This document shows, one piece after another, positions 25,413-38,168 of a DNA stretch of 64,000 nucleotides. This DNA is from Heterodontus francisci. Taxonomy: Eukaryota. Both the position numbers and the translations under genes were made by a program. The notes below the pieces were generated by a model. That model was not told where the DNA came from. It did no database searches and worked only from the letters and a program-made list of their open reading frames with translations. The stretch's first letter is position 1, and each line of letters begins with the position of its first letter. The stretch is taken from contig NC_090380.1 in the NCBI RefSeq assembly GCF_036365525.1, forward strand, positions 72,777,757-72,841,756, in the 5' to 3' direction.

Positions 25413-25715
25413 TGCAGGACTGTAAAATTCACTCCTCAAGGACTTTTAGTACTTAGAAGGTCTTATCCTACAGTTAACCATAAGTCACCAAGATAATACT
25501 TAAAAGTCATTTTTCTTACCTTGGTCCGTGCACGGAGTTGCCTGACTTCACGTGTGTACCTGCCACAATAAATACTCGTTCAGAGTGACTTCCCTAGGAT
25601 CGTTTTCAGTCGATTACTCGGGTCCGCTACCAACGAGAGAAACGAGACCGTTTTAAAATTAACGGGACGCGTCTTCTCGTCTGTCGTCGGCCGCGGTCCC
25701 GGCAATGATGAAGAG

Positions 25716-25733
25716 ATCCCGGACGAGCCCCCA
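25716..25733 (-). promoter_or_regulatory. Primer binding site, tRNA-Pro
   Basis: Reverse complement TGGGGGCTCGTCCGGGAT is the canonical 18-nt Pro PBS, 2 nt from the 5' LTR. Confidence 0.95.
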
Positions 25734-25735
25734 AT

Positions 25736-26299
25736 TGTGAGAAACGTAGCCCACTTAATAATAATTTACACCAAGTCAAACTCTGAGGAAGTAAGTTTAT
25801 TTAACGTTCTTGCAAGATCGGGTGTCCTACAAGCAGGCACACCGATCAACATATTCAGTTCATGTTTATACAATACAAATCCATTTTTCCACGCCTTTAG
25901 TTTACATTATTGGTTATAACATATTATGACACTAACCTATCCTATAGTTGCTACAGTCTCCTCCTCTGTTTACTTCTCCCCCTACTCTAACTTTCTAGCC
26001 CCTAACTCTTGTTGTTGTTTTACCTTATTTGGCTCTCCATTGTGTGTTTTAACTTGCAGCTGTCAGCCTTTATCTTAGTGGGGCAGTTTCTTATTCACTA
26101 CATCCTTTGTTCTAACTCTTGCTGTTTCTCTTTTCTCTGCCTAAGCACAATTTTTAACTGCTGTACTGTCTCAAGGTCTTTACTTACATCCCCTTATCAG
26201 TTCTCTTTTTCAGTGATTTCATTATGTTGTGTAGAAATGACTTCTCGGTAATTTTCCACAAGCTGTAGAAACAACATTTCAGTATTTCTTATTCTCACA
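25736..26299 (-). repeat. ERV 5' LTR
   Basis: Direct repeat of 21192-21755, adjacent to the PBS. Confidence 0.95.
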
Positions 26300-26469
26300 C
26301 TACTAAATAGGGAGAAATGTGTTTTAAATCAGATTGTGTTTTGATGGCCTTAGATTGGCTATATGCTTGATTAATTGCCTCCATGTCTGTGGCTCAGTCA
26401 ATAATTTTGTCAAATATCCATGGTGCAACATGTTGGTGCCTATCCCTGATTGCGACCAGAATCATGATC

Positions 26470-27207
26470 ATGGGAGGCCCCACCCACCGGCTGAAAAATT
26501 GGTGGTGAGCCTGCGTCCGCTAGGCCTGGGGAGACAGGCCAGGATTTTTCGCTCCCCAGGCCCTTAAATTGGTCTTGGATGGGACATCCACCTCCTTGAA
26601 GCAGGAGGTCCCTGGCCAATCAGTAGGCCAGTGGATCTTAGTCCCAGAAGTACCACTGGAAACGGTGGCTATTACTGGGACTACACCCAGCTTCAGTAGG
26701 AAGAGGAAAGATGGCTGCCAAAAGATGGTACGTTTTTGGAGCCTTGCCAAGGACAATCAGCTGGGCCGTAGCGAGGCAAGGGGAGGTCGGTGGGGGGTGG
26801 GGGGGAGGAGTGTTGTGTGTTGGGGGCGGCCCTCCGTGACCCACAGGGGGCCCGATCAGGAGGGCACTCCCCTCCCAGTCTGCAAGAAGGCCACCTGGTT
26901 TTACCAGGTGGGGTTCTTGAAGCTTTTTCTGTCCAGCCGCTGAAGGTAAAATACCCCTGGTGGCGAGAGGTGGCTCTTAAGTGCCAGTTAATTGGCCACT
27001 TAAGGGCCTTGATTGGCCTGGTGCAGGTGAGCCATATTTCGCCGCCGCAGCCCTGTGTAAAATTACAGTGGAGGTGGGAAGGCGTCGTGAACGGACCCCA
27101 CCCCCCACCTCTCACTCAATTTTACAGCTCCCCCCCACCCCGCCCCCACCACCAGCCCGCTCGTTGGGGGTGGGGGTGGGGGGGGGGGGGCGCGTAAAAT
27201 TCCAGCC
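26470..27207. mobile_element. GC-rich non-autonomous DNA element (probable Harbinger-type MITE)
   Basis: GC-rich island with 'cttaagtg...aattggccacttaag' palindromes and a 'taaaattccagcc' terminus seen at other Harbinger relic ends. Confidence 0.4.
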
Positions 27208-27829
27208 ATGGCCTCTGCTCATTCTCCCAGTAATTCCCAATGTAAAGAGGAAGGCCTACAAGTGCACCCATGTCTGGGAGGAACTGGATTGTGCAGAAGC
27301 CAGGAAGTCAGCAATAAAAGTCAGCAAACAACACCCCTTTGTTGTCCTTTGAAACTTTAACCAAGTAAAAAAAACACCTAAAATGTATAGAGTTGAAGCA
27401 ACAGCCAGAAGAAATAAACCAACAAGTCACTTATAGTAGTTGATGATCCCTTTAAACAATGTTGGTGGGGTGTCCTTCCTGCTGTGCAAGGTTAAGAGGG
27501 AGAGTAGGCTGGAACCTGGAGGACCAAAATGGCAGCGCTTGTGTCAAATCAGCATGCATCATGTTTTGCCTGTTTTTCATGCTGCCACCAGGTTTTAATT
27601 GTGCACATGCTAATCATTTTACCAGCATGATGTATGGTGCACTTCACGTCAGAAGTGTGCACGAGCATGGCTCCTGAAGGAGCCTCACTGCACCCTAAAC
27701 ATTGGCACTACCGAGTGCAGTTTTGTCCCTGATGTTTTTCCTTCCCAGAGCAGTAACTCCTTGAGCTGTATTTGAATTGTGCAGTCTGAGCAAAAGCATT
27801 GTACCTAATTCTCCTGATAGATCCATACC

Positions 27830-28265
27830 CTTCAGTGTCAGCCATAGCTCAGTTGGTACCAGTCTTGCCTCTGAGTCATTGTGGGTTCTCGTCCCACTCC
27901 AGGACTTGAGCATAAAAATCAAGACTGACACTCCATTGCAGTACTGAGGTGTCTGTAAAGTCTAAAAGTGCTGTCTTTCGGATGAGACATTAAAGCAAGG
28001 CCCCATCTGCCCTTGCTGTTGGATATCTCTTGTCACTATTTCAAAGAAGACCAGGGGAGTTATCCCTGCTATCCTGATCAATATTTATCCCTCAACAACA
28101 TAAAAATAGATTAAACAATCATATCACATTGCTGATTGTGGGAGCTTGCTGTGCACAAAATGGTTGCTGTGTTTCCTACATTACAACAGTGATAACACTT
28201 CAAAAGTACTTCATTGGCTGTAAAGCACTTTGGGACAGCATGTGGTTGCGGAAGGCGCGATATAA
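27830..28265 (+). mobile_element. Deu-SINE-like SINE
   Basis: tRNA-like head 'agctcagttggta', core 'gctgtctttcggatgagacattaa' and tail 'acttcattggctgtaaagcactttggg'. Confidence 0.7.
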
Positions 28266-29149
28266 AATTAGAATCTTTCTTCAATGAGCCATACCGATGA
28301 TATAATTTTATTAAGTTTCTAGCATAGATTTTCTTAAAATAACTGAAAAATGAAGACAAATTTCAAAAGCTTTATTGAGACAAGTTTCTATTAAATAGAG
28401 GCTCTGTTTGTGTGTATGTATGCACCTGTCGGTGCAGTAGAGAGTGAGAAATCATAATCATCTACTGATTAAATAGCTTTCTATCAACTTCAGAAAGTGT
28501 AATAGTCTAAGCAAAAGAGAGACTGAGGCCAGAGAGAAACAAAAGGGAGATCTGAAAGATAGTTTTGAAAGAGTTCATCTTGACACTTTTAAAGAAAAAA
28601 GTTGAATTTTGAAGCTAATAATGATCTCATTTCTGTTTGGTTGACAGTCAGAAAAAATAATTGTTACTTGCGTACAGCTGTGAGAGAAATTCTAATTGCA
28701 AATAACAATGAAAGAGAGAGACAAGGAAACAAAAGACAATTTCAGCGGGGCACAAAATAGGCGGTCGCAGTTCAGCTGCCCATTATACACCCTGCCTGAT
28801 TTTCTACCTCTCCTTTCCACAGTGCAGGTAAAATTTTCACAGGGAGTTTCCTCATCTCCTGCCATACATTTGGCAGAAAATCAGTGGAAAACCAGGAGAA
28901 ATAGAGAAGATGACCATTTGTACGATTTCTTCAAGGTTGCTGCCCATCTTTCACTGGAGTTATGATGGTCATAAAAATTTTACTCCACAGTGTTGTTCCT
29001 CATTGCAATCTGACTTTTTATAAAAAAAACAAGTTTCATTTTAAAATCAATCAAAGTCTTTTTGAGGGAAACAGAGAAGGAGAGGAGAGAAACAGGTTGA
29101 TGGTGAACAAACGTCTGATCTCTCACTATCAACATGCTGGTGTTTACCA

Positions 29150-29790
29150 TTGACCATACCCTTAACTGGACCGGCCATATAAATAGTATGGCTACAAGAG
29201 GAGGTCAGAGGCTGGAAATTCTGTGCAACTCACCTCCTGTCTCCCCAATGCCTGTCCACCATTGACAAGGCACAAGTGAGGAGTGTGATGGGAATACACT
29301 ATTTGTCTGGATGACTGCAACTCTAACAATGCTCACAAAACGCAACACCATACAGGCCAATGGAGCCTGCTTGATTGGCACCCCATCCACAACCTTAAAT
29401 ATTCACTCCCTGTACCACCAGCGCACAGTGCCAACAGTGTGTACCAGATATAAGATGCACCGTAGCAATTTGTCAAGGGTCCTTCAACAGCACCTTCCAA
29501 ACCTGTGACCTCTGCCACTTGGAAGAACAAGAGTAGCAGGTGCTTGGGAACATCATCACCCGCAATTTCCCCTCCAAGTCACACAACATCCTGACTGGAA
29601 ATTATATCGCCGTTCCTTCACTGTTGCTGGGTCAAAGTCCTGGAACTCCCTCCCTAACAGCACTACACTACATGGACCGTAGTGGTTCAAGAAGGCAGCT
29701 CACCACCACCTTCTCCAGGGCAATTAGGGATGGGCAATAAATGCTGGCCTTGCCAGCAATGCCCACATCCCATGAATGAATTTTAAAAAC
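29150..29790 (+). mobile_element. CR1-like LINE 3' fragment
   Basis: LNIHSLYHQRTV...YKMH and the shared tail. Confidence 0.75.
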
Positions 29791-29799
29791 TGCCTTTGC

Positions 29800-32700
29800 A
29801 GGGCATCTGGGAGTGGAAGGGTCTAAAATATACTGGTACAAATGGGACTTGAATATACAGGCCTACAAGCGAGTACACCAACTTAATTCAATACTGACCC
29901 AAGGCTGTGCTTCCTCTGAGGGTTCCCTCCCCTTACCATACCCCATCCAACGGCAGTGCATTTGTTTGGGATGGGCTGAGACTCAGTTCCAAGCAGGTCT
30001 CCAAGGCAATAGGTGAGGAAAGTATACAGCATATCCAGATCCCAACATCAGTGGGCATTAAACTTTTATCATGTGGTAGGCTCCCCCAGAATGGAAGGTA
30101 CGATAGATCACACCCATGACGCAATATAGGATGTAACTTAAAAATCCCTGCACTTATAAATCACAAGGGATTCAAATCTCTCAATATACACATAGTATGA
30201 ATCCAGCAAGACCTTGCATATCAATGCAGGAAGCTGCCATGATACCTTTATGTTGAGGAACTTCAGCATCCCTCCTCTGTTTCAGAGAGAAGGAGAAGGG
30301 TCTGACTGGATTCTTAGTAACAAAGATTATTTTTTGCTATCTTCACTAATTACCCTGTGCATCCCATCTGTTACTGGAGGGAACAGGAGGAGGAGAGCTG
30401 GGAGCCTGACCAAGCAAACCTGGCTGCAGATAGTGGAGGAGGTCAGCAGCCGTGAGGTCACACCAAGGACCTGGATCCAGTGCCGCAAGTGGCTCAATGA
30501 CCTCATCCAGGTTGTGAAAGTCATTAACTTCTTAAAGCCTTCACCTCTTGGGTCTTGCATCTGGCAAAGCAGGAGGGTGCATTGGGTGGAGATGGGGAGC
30601 CCACCCAGATGTAGGCAGAGGGTCAAGGAATGCAGACAAACTACTGGAGGCATGGCAAAATGGCCTTGAAAGGTCATATGTCACTGGAGACCCTCATGAG
30701 GTCCCTGGAAAGGGGCCAGATGCAGGAGGCATCTGTGTGCAACCATCTGTCACCAATGGACAAGTACCAGCATAAGTCTTGGGATTGTTCCCACTGGGAG
30801 ACCAACAGCATTCATCCTTATGTCTGCAGGAGAAGATTGCACACAATCACAGATTGCCGATTCTCCAAGTCCTGAGCCTGATGGAGGAGGAGGCCATGGA
30901 GCTGGCTGGGCTGCAGAATGGAAGAAGTGTTGCGGACGGAGAGACAGGGACACCTTCACATGGCAGTGAGTAAGGTCGTCATGGCCACAAGGGTGCATCT
31001 GGAGCAATGGAACCAAGGTGCTCATCAGACATCCGGTGCCTACAGGCATCTCCAATGTAGGGGTGTGTGTTCTGTTGGGAGGGGAGGCCCTTGACCCTTC
31101 AATGTCTCTGTTTTCTCATGCAGGTCATGCGGTGCCTACTCAAAGAGCCTCTGAGACTGTAGGACAGCCTGCCACCTCTGAGGGGGAGGGAGGAACCTCA
31201 GAAGGTGCATTATCACCTCATACCCCTGCACCCCCACCAGCGCAGATACTCACATGTTGGTGGGTTTGTGCTCGCGGTTAGATTCGGACACACAACCTGG
31301 TGAGGACATCACACATGCACCCGAGCAGTTGATGGAGGCTGTGACAGCCCAGGCCTCTAACATCGGAGGACTGTGGGAGGCTAGGCCCATGCTGAACCCC
31401 TGCCTCATGAAGTGACTCTGGTGTCAGTAGCATCATGGGAAATGTTGCAGCCGCAGTAAGAGATCAGGCCACACCTGATAGAGATGCCTGAGGCAATTTG
31501 CACCAAGGTGCGGACGATGGAGCAGTCCATCCAGGCCTTGAGTTCGGTATTATCTCTGACTGGTGCACGAGTGGCATCTTCCATTGAGAGATTGGTGGCT
31601 TTGATGGAGAGTCACATCCAGCACAGCATTCAGTGTCTCCAGCATATTTGTGCAGAGCTGCATACTCTCGCCTTGACCATGTGTGCAAGACAGCAGTGGC
31701 ATGGTGAGAGGGGGCAGGGGACCTGGAGTCACCAGCAAGTCCTTTACCCTCTCAGGTTAGCAGGGAGGCACAAGTTTTCCTTGCAAGGGAGGAGTATCGG
31801 CTGCCCGTTGGTGCTGGGGGCTCCTCTCAGGGTACACCTGGTGCAGCCAGCTGTTCCTCTGCCCTCTACCAGTGACACCAGGGCCTCCATCATCCCTGAT
31901 GACAGAGAGTGCCACTGCTTTTGTGCAGGAGGCCTCCACCATACCCACCAAGCCTCAGGCAACCAGAAAACGACTGCCAAAGTCATTCCTAGCCAAAGGA
32001 CAGCAACCTGCCTCCACTTCGGCTAACGGTGCAGAAGGAGCACCTTGTAGGAGTTCACACAAACAAATGAAGAAGATCACCTCAAAGTATGGGCTATTCA
32101 CGGGTGAATGTGTATTGTAGATGGAAAGGGTAGTGTTTGCTGTCACAGTCATTAAAGATTTTTTTTCTAACAATCAAGATCTCCTTCCTATTCTGTAAGG
32201 CCTTTGGCCCTTTGTTTGATTCTAGCCTTTGTGAAGAGGCTCAAGGAGAGGCAACATGCTGCGAGGGGTCCAGTCTGGAGCCTGGCTAGCTCAGCACTGC
32301 AACACTGATCAATGAGTGTTTGCTCCCTGAAGGTAAAAAGGTGACAGCAGGGTTGCATAAAGCTAGGTCTTTATTGGTCAATGTACAACTGGCAGTAAGT
32401 TTCAAAGGAAACACAAATGTAGAAGAGCATCTTGCGCCTCATATCTCATGCCATCTCTCCTGTTGTCCATGGGTCCTTCATCTGGCAATGCTTGGCCAGC
32501 TTCCTCCTCCGCATCCTCATCATCCGAGGAGGCATCACCCTCCTCGCATTCCTCATTGTTCAACACCTCCCACCACTGTAGCAACAGGTTGTGCAGTGCA
32601 CAGCAGAGCACCACGATATGTGAGACCCTTGCTGGGGCATACTGAAGGTTTCCACCAGACCAATCTAAACAGCTGAATCTCACCTTCAACAGGCCAACAA

Positions 32701-33545
32701 CCTGCTCTATAGTCACATGCATTGTGCCGTGGTGGGAGTTGTACTTTTCTTCTGCATCTGTGTGTGGGTTCTTCACAGGCGTCAGTAGCCATGTCCTCAG
32801 TGGGTAGCCCTTGTCTCCAAGGATCCATCCTTGAAGGTGTGAGGGAGGCTGGAAATGCTCTGGCAAAGGGGACTGCCTCTTTGACATCTGCAGGTGGTTG
32901 AGCCTTGACCTGGAGACCCTCACTGGAGGACAACTCCTCCTACGTAAGAGAGCCACCTCTCTTTCACCTCTGCGCCCTTCTCCACCGTCTGGAGCCTGCT
33001 GCTGACCCTTCTGTGACCTCAGTTTGTTGCAGTGCTGATGCAGGTGCCTAGCCTTCACTCCTGCTCTGCTCCACCTTCATTTCAACGGGGTACCCAAAGC
33101 CTGGTTGAATGAAGCCCATCATAGGTGGCCTCTCCCTAAGCACAAGACCCCCACAGTTCTGCGTCATTTTCTCCCACTCCTCCGACAATGCCCAATGCCC
33201 TGTCATCTCTACCCTGCCTAGCAGTTGATGTTGGCGCTCCAGATAGCTTCCCCTTGCAGTCAGCAATGCGCTCCCTTCTCCATGTCACCTCCTTCAACTA
33301 GGCGAGGCTCTGAAGCCCCGTGAATCATGTGCGCTATTATTAAAATTTAAAACCGGCAATAAAATCGCTGTCAATAGGCCTGTGTAATACCTTAATTGCC
33401 TGCCCGCTGCATCAACATCTGATCTCCACCCTCCGTGTTTGCCACCGTAGACAAAATCTAGATGGGATGCTCTGTCCCTATTTTATCCCTCCCCCCACCC
33501 TACCTCCTTACTTGTCCCCAAGGTCTGCACAAAATTCAGCCCATG
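29800..33545. mobile_element. PIF/Harbinger relic(s): Myb/SANT gene (+) convergent with transposase (-)
   Basis: WLQIVEEVSSREVTPRTWIQCRKWLNDL (Myb/SANT) near 30420. [21 protein letters not shown]...[15 protein letters not shown]...CCALHN (transposase) at 32402-32830. Confidence 0.8.
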
Positions 33546-33559
33546 GCATGGGTGGAAAT

Positions 33560-34130
33560 TGGATTGGTCAGGAATTTCCTCCTCGTCATCTTTTGATTTC
33601 CTGATCGCTTTCTTCTTCCTCATCATCTCGCTGTAACTCATTTAAGGGGGGACAAATGGAAAGACTTTAGTCATGCAGACAGTTTTGCTGGATGTCTCAC
33701 TAGTTCAATTAGAAGGAGGCTGATCAGGTTGGTTACGCGTGTGCTAGTGCTCAGAAGCTCTGATAGTTCTGCCAATCCTACAGCTGCTATTGGGACTCTA
33801 ACATGTCCTCACCCAACAGTTACTTCTGTCTGCCTCTTCAGAATCTGCAAGGCTTCCTCCTCTTGTTGTGGCAATGGTCTATTAGCTGTACATCCTCCAC
33901 CTGTAGCCTGCATATCTGTATTGTTGTGGAAGACATTCTCTTATTATAATTGTAGAAGAGAGTAGACATGAGTTCAATATTGACAGCAAGGCAGTGTCTC
34001 CTGTTCCAAAAGATCCACCCATCAGCTTCTGACAGGGGCTGATAGAGCAAATGAAGGCATTTCAGGAGGCATGCACATGTATCTTGCTTCAAGAGAGAGG
34101 GTTCATCATATTGTTGCAATTACTGCAGAG
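33560..34130 (-). mobile_element. Harbinger fragments
   Basis: HNNTDMQATGGG...LPQQEEEALQIL (Myb-protein motif) and FWNRRHCLAVNIEL (transposase motif). Confidence 0.5.
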
Positions 34131-35371
34131 TACTGACAAAGATGGCTATGTAACAGTTGAGTGATATCATAAAGAGTTTCATTCTTGAGGAACTCATGGT
34201 TTACACAGAATAATGACCAATCGTAATTCAATACCCAGTAAAAAAAAATCACAGAATACCATTCAATAAAAATTGTATTAGATGTTTTCAGTCACTGTAA
34301 TTAAGTGTCCTTGATATTTTCTCCGACATGGCAAAAAATAATACCCCATTGTTAAAATCAGCAAATCCTCCAACTCATCTTAGATAATACCACAGGAAAT
34401 CTACTAGAACAGAATTATAAATAGTTGAAATTGCATAAGAACCTGTAATTTCATATTATTCAAACATCATAAATCATGGGATCAGTAGAGAAGACTGAGG
34501 AAATGTAATAAATCTTTAAAAGTTAGCCGAAAAGGGAAAGGCTGTTTCCTCTGCTGGGGTGGTGAGTGATGAAGGGCCATCAGTTAAAATTGTCAATATA
34601 AGAGTGAGGAGGGTTAGGAGAAATTTATTTCCTCAGTTGTTGGAAAATAGACGGTTTTGCCATATATTATAGGTGAATCATAGGGCATTCATCTTTTAAT
34701 GTAAAGGTGGGTAAATATTTAAAGCAGTTGGAAATGACGATGGAGGGCAGCAGGATTAGTTTGGGATTGCTCTGGCAAAGAGGGGGCACAGACCCCAATG
34801 CCTTTCTTCTATGCTGGAAACTTCTTTGGTTCTAAATGTTTAATGGATGTCAACTAAACCCCGAGGGACATTGCAATGCACGATTGCACTATGTTTCTAA
34901 GTAAAATTTTTCTTCCACTTTATTATCTCAAAAAGTGAAAACAATGTGAACAAATAACAGTAGGGCAGAAAATTACCGAGAACTCTGACGACGTTTCACA
35001 ACAGAATGTGCAAAAGAGGACGAGACAGGTTGGATTAACAGCCGTTAGTAATACATCACATCGTTCAGTTGATCCATTAAACTAAATGTTGCTGTTACCT
35101 GAATTCTGGACGAGTTCCATCAGCTGGAATTCATGTAGTTTACAGCAGTATTTATTTTCGAATTTTTAAGCAAAGTTGTTGATGTCAGGATGGGGCAACT
35201 TTAGCACTCAATTTAAAATCAAATAATACTGTATTATCAGATTGCCCTGCAATGTACGGGATTTTAATGCACTGTATGTTAAGGGGGAAATACATTATTA
35301 TTGCACAGAAGAAATGAAGAGCCTGACACGTATACTTGGTGAAATTATTCCATTTGGTCTGTAACCAGCAG

Positions 35372-35389
35372 CCAATGTGATGTGACGCA
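35372..35389 (+). promoter_or_regulatory. Candidate proximal promoter motifs (CCAAT + CRE-like TGACGCA)
   Basis: Located 70-90 bp upstream of the receptor ATG. Short motifs only. Confidence 0.3.
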
Positions 35390-35460
35390 TAGTGAGCTAC
35401 AACCGCAATAATCTCCAGCAATCTTAAATTTATTTAGAGTAAGCAACAGGTCTCACCAAT

Positions 35461-35509
35461 ATGGGTGCATTTAGAAACATTGTTCTCAAACTCTGGCTCC
35501 TTGTCTTAG
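35461..35509 (+). CDS. VJ-C1-TM-ITIM receptor, leader exon
   Basis: MGAFRNIVLKLWLLVL(G) with donor G|GTAAGC, phase 1, followed by a 95-bp intron to the V exon. Confidence 0.85.
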
Positions 35510-35604
35510 GTAAGCTTTCACTTTGACTCCAGTTATCAGTAATTCCAGTTGTACTCAGATTATTTGAATTTTATGTTCCTACTTGTTGTAATTTTATGTC
35601 CCAG

Positions 35605-35946
35605 GGCCTGCTGTCGGTCTGGAAGTGATCCAGTCTCCTTCAGTTCTGTCCCTCCTGAGAGGACAGACAGCTCGGATCAACTGCATCCTGATACCCGGAG
35701 AGGAGCGAATGGATTCGGTGAAATATTATTGGTGTAGGGCAAGAGACAATCCTGGCATCGGATGCAACGAAACCAGGAAATTCCTCAATCAAAGCTCTCG
35801 CGTGTCTGTATCGATGCCTCGGGGTTCACTTGTCATTCGGGAGGTGATTGTGGACGATTCCGACACTTACCACTGCCTGGTCCTTAGAGAGAAGCCTCGG
35901 CCCTGGAAAAGCTTCACAGGAGAAGGAACAAAACTGAACATCGAAG
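35605..35946 (+). CDS. VJ-C1-TM-ITIM receptor, germline-joined VJ-type IgV exon
   Basis: Acceptor tcccag and donor G|GTAATT. GPAVGLEVIQSPSVLSLLRGQTARINC...YYWC...SLVIREVIVDDSDTYHCLVLREKPRPWKSFTGEGTKLNIE has a J-like GxGTxL G strand. Confidence 0.92.
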
Positions 35947-36261
35947 GTAATTATGAAATAACAGTAGAACATGCTGGAAATACTCAGCAGGTCAAGCAGC
36001 ATGTGTGAAGAGAGAAACAGAGGTAACATTTCAGGTAGATGACCTTGCTAATAAACTATTAAAGTTCTACCTGCTTCCAGTTCTGATCAGAAGTTTCCAC
36101 CTGAAACGTTACAGTTGCTTCTCTCTCCACATATACTGCCTGATACCTGAAACGTTAACTCTGTTTTTGTCTTCATAGTTGCTGCCAGACCTGCTGAGAT
36201 TTTGCAGCAATTTTTGTTTTTATTTCAGATTTCCAAAATCCGCAGTGTTTTCCTTCTGATT

Positions 36262-36550
36262 CAGGATCTGGACAGGATAGATAGAGAGAAACTATTCCCA
36301 TTGGCGGAAGGGTCCAGAACCACAGGACACCAATTTATGATGAATGGCAAAAGTACCAAGGCAGCATGAAGAAGTAGTTTTGGGCAACCAGTGGTTAGGA
36401 TCTGGAATGCACTGTCTGAGCGTGTAGTGGAGGCAGATTTAATCATAAAGGGAATTGGATAATTATCTGAAGAGAAAATGTTTGCCAGGCCACAGGAAAA
36501 GGCAAGGAGTGGGACTATCTGAGTCGTTTTTGCAGCGCGTCTGCACGGAT
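36262..36550 (+). mobile_element. CR1 LINE 3' fragment
   Basis: 'gatagagagaaactattcccattgg...ggatctggaatgcactg' is a CR1 3' region. Confidence 0.7.
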
Positions 36551-36552
36551 AC

Positions 36553-37372
36553 ATTTTTTTATTCCCAAAATATACTTTATTCATAAAAATCTGTAAAAAA
36601 ATACATGACAAAACAGTTCCAAACAGCACCAAGTCAAAAATTACAAACAGTGCAAAGGAGGTCAGTTTCCTTCAATACAATCATGAGTTGGCTCACAACC
36701 TTTCCATTTCATTTCTCGTGCCATATACATTTTACAGCAAACGAAAATTTTCCCGATACAGTTCGAGGGGTTTTCCATGGATCCAGCCCCTTCGTTCAGC
36801 TTGGTGGGGGGACCTTACACAGTGGTCTTTCCCCATTGAGCCTTTGCTGCGACTGCCCCAAGCTTTAGTGCGTCCCTCAGCACGTAGTCCTGGACCTTTG
36901 AATGTGCCAGTCTGCAACATTCCGTCGTGGACAACTCTGCGCTGGAAGACCAGCAAGTTTCGGGCAGACCAAAGGGCATCTTTCACCGAATTGATAGTCC
37001 TCCAGCAGCAGTTGGTGTTTATCTTGGTGTGCGTCCCTGGGAACAGCCCGTAGAGCAGACTCCTGTGTTACAGAGCTGCTTGGGATGAACCTTGACAAAA
37101 ACCACTGCAGCTCTTTCCACACCTGCTTTGCAAAGACACATTCCAGAAGGAGGTGGGCAACCGTCTCTTCCCCACCACAGCCACCTCGAGGGCATTGTGC
37201 GGAGGGCGTGAGGCTTCGGGCATGCAGGAAGGATCTGATGGGGAGGGCTCTTCTCACCAAGTTCTGAGGCATTCCGCCAAATGACTTTGGTGGTCTGCTC
37301 GGAGAACCATCCGACAGGATCCACCGTCTCCTTTTCCCGTAGGGCCTTGAGGACATTCCGTGCAGACCACTC
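36553..37372 (-). mobile_element. L1/Tx1-clade LINE 3' fragment
   Basis: ALPIRSFLHAR...CPRGGCGGEETVAHLLLECVFAKQVW (zf-RVT-type CCHC), KDALWSARN and an A-rich tail. Confidence 0.8.
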
Positions 37373-37868
37373 AGATACGACGGTCCGAATGTGCTGTAAC
37401 CATTCTATGATTAGATTAACGACCCTGAAATATTTCATTGTGTGGAGAAAGGGAACAGAAATATCTTCACACACAAACTGGCAAGCTTAGTGCACTGGAT
37501 GCCAGAGTACACCAGCGTTTAGCTTCAATGCCACAATAACTATTAAACAACAGGAACTTTCACTTAATTTTCAAAAACTTAGTTTGACGAAAAACAGCGG
37601 AGAGACAACATTGCATAATGCTGATACCAACGCAAAGTCCCGGAATGGTTTTCTGGCTCGTATTTCATTGTATTTCATTGTTATGTGTGTTGCATTTTAT
37701 TATATTTGTCTTGTGATTTGTATATTGATGTATAATTTAATCAAATTGATTCTGCAGTTCCTATTTAGTATCAAACTTGCACATAAGTTTAAATCTTTTA
37801 TATAGTAGCTGTCTATATATTTGCTACAACTCAGATTGATATAATTTGCGTTATTTTAATTAATTTAG

Positions 37869-38168
37869 CGGAACCTGAAGTATCTCTCTCTGCGGATCCC
37901 GAGAATGAAGTTGTTGCCATTCAGACTCTGACTTGTTTGGCTGCGGGATTTTTCCCAAGAGATCTGAACATGTCTTGGTTTGTAACGGGAGATGTCTCCT
38001 ATCAAACAGAACCGGGTTCCCTGATAGAAAACAGTGACAGCACTTACAACCTGAGCTCCCGGCTGCGGATTACAGACATTCACTGGGACCAGGGAACCAC
38101 CGTCACCTGTCAGGTTCAACACGTTACAGTCGTCAGGTCAGCAAGGAAAAGTTTCAGTCACAGCGGAG
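37869..38168 (+). CDS. VJ-C1-TM-ITIM receptor, C1-set Ig exon
   Basis: Acceptor taatttag and donor G|GTAAGT. AEPEVSL...TLTCLAAGFFPRDLNMSW...NSDSTYNLSSRLRI...W.QGTTVTCQVQH is a classic C1-set signature. Confidence 0.93.

Larger units (their letters stand above)
21192..26299 (-). mobile_element. Endogenous retrovirus (class I, gamma-like), internally deleted provirus
   Basis: Two 564-bp TG...CA LTRs, 4-bp TSD CTAC (21188-21191 and 26300-26303), tRNA-Pro PBS, PPT, and gag, integrase and env remnants. Confidence 0.95.

Noticed and set aside
35605-38168. Rearranging Ig light chain or TCR locus
   Set aside because: No heptamer/nonamer RSS next to V and no separate J. The J-like strand lacks the F/W-G-x-G spacing (FTGEG), and the downstream exons give an uncharged TM and ITIMs. 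A derived germline-joined Ig gene cannot be fully excluded without phylogeny.
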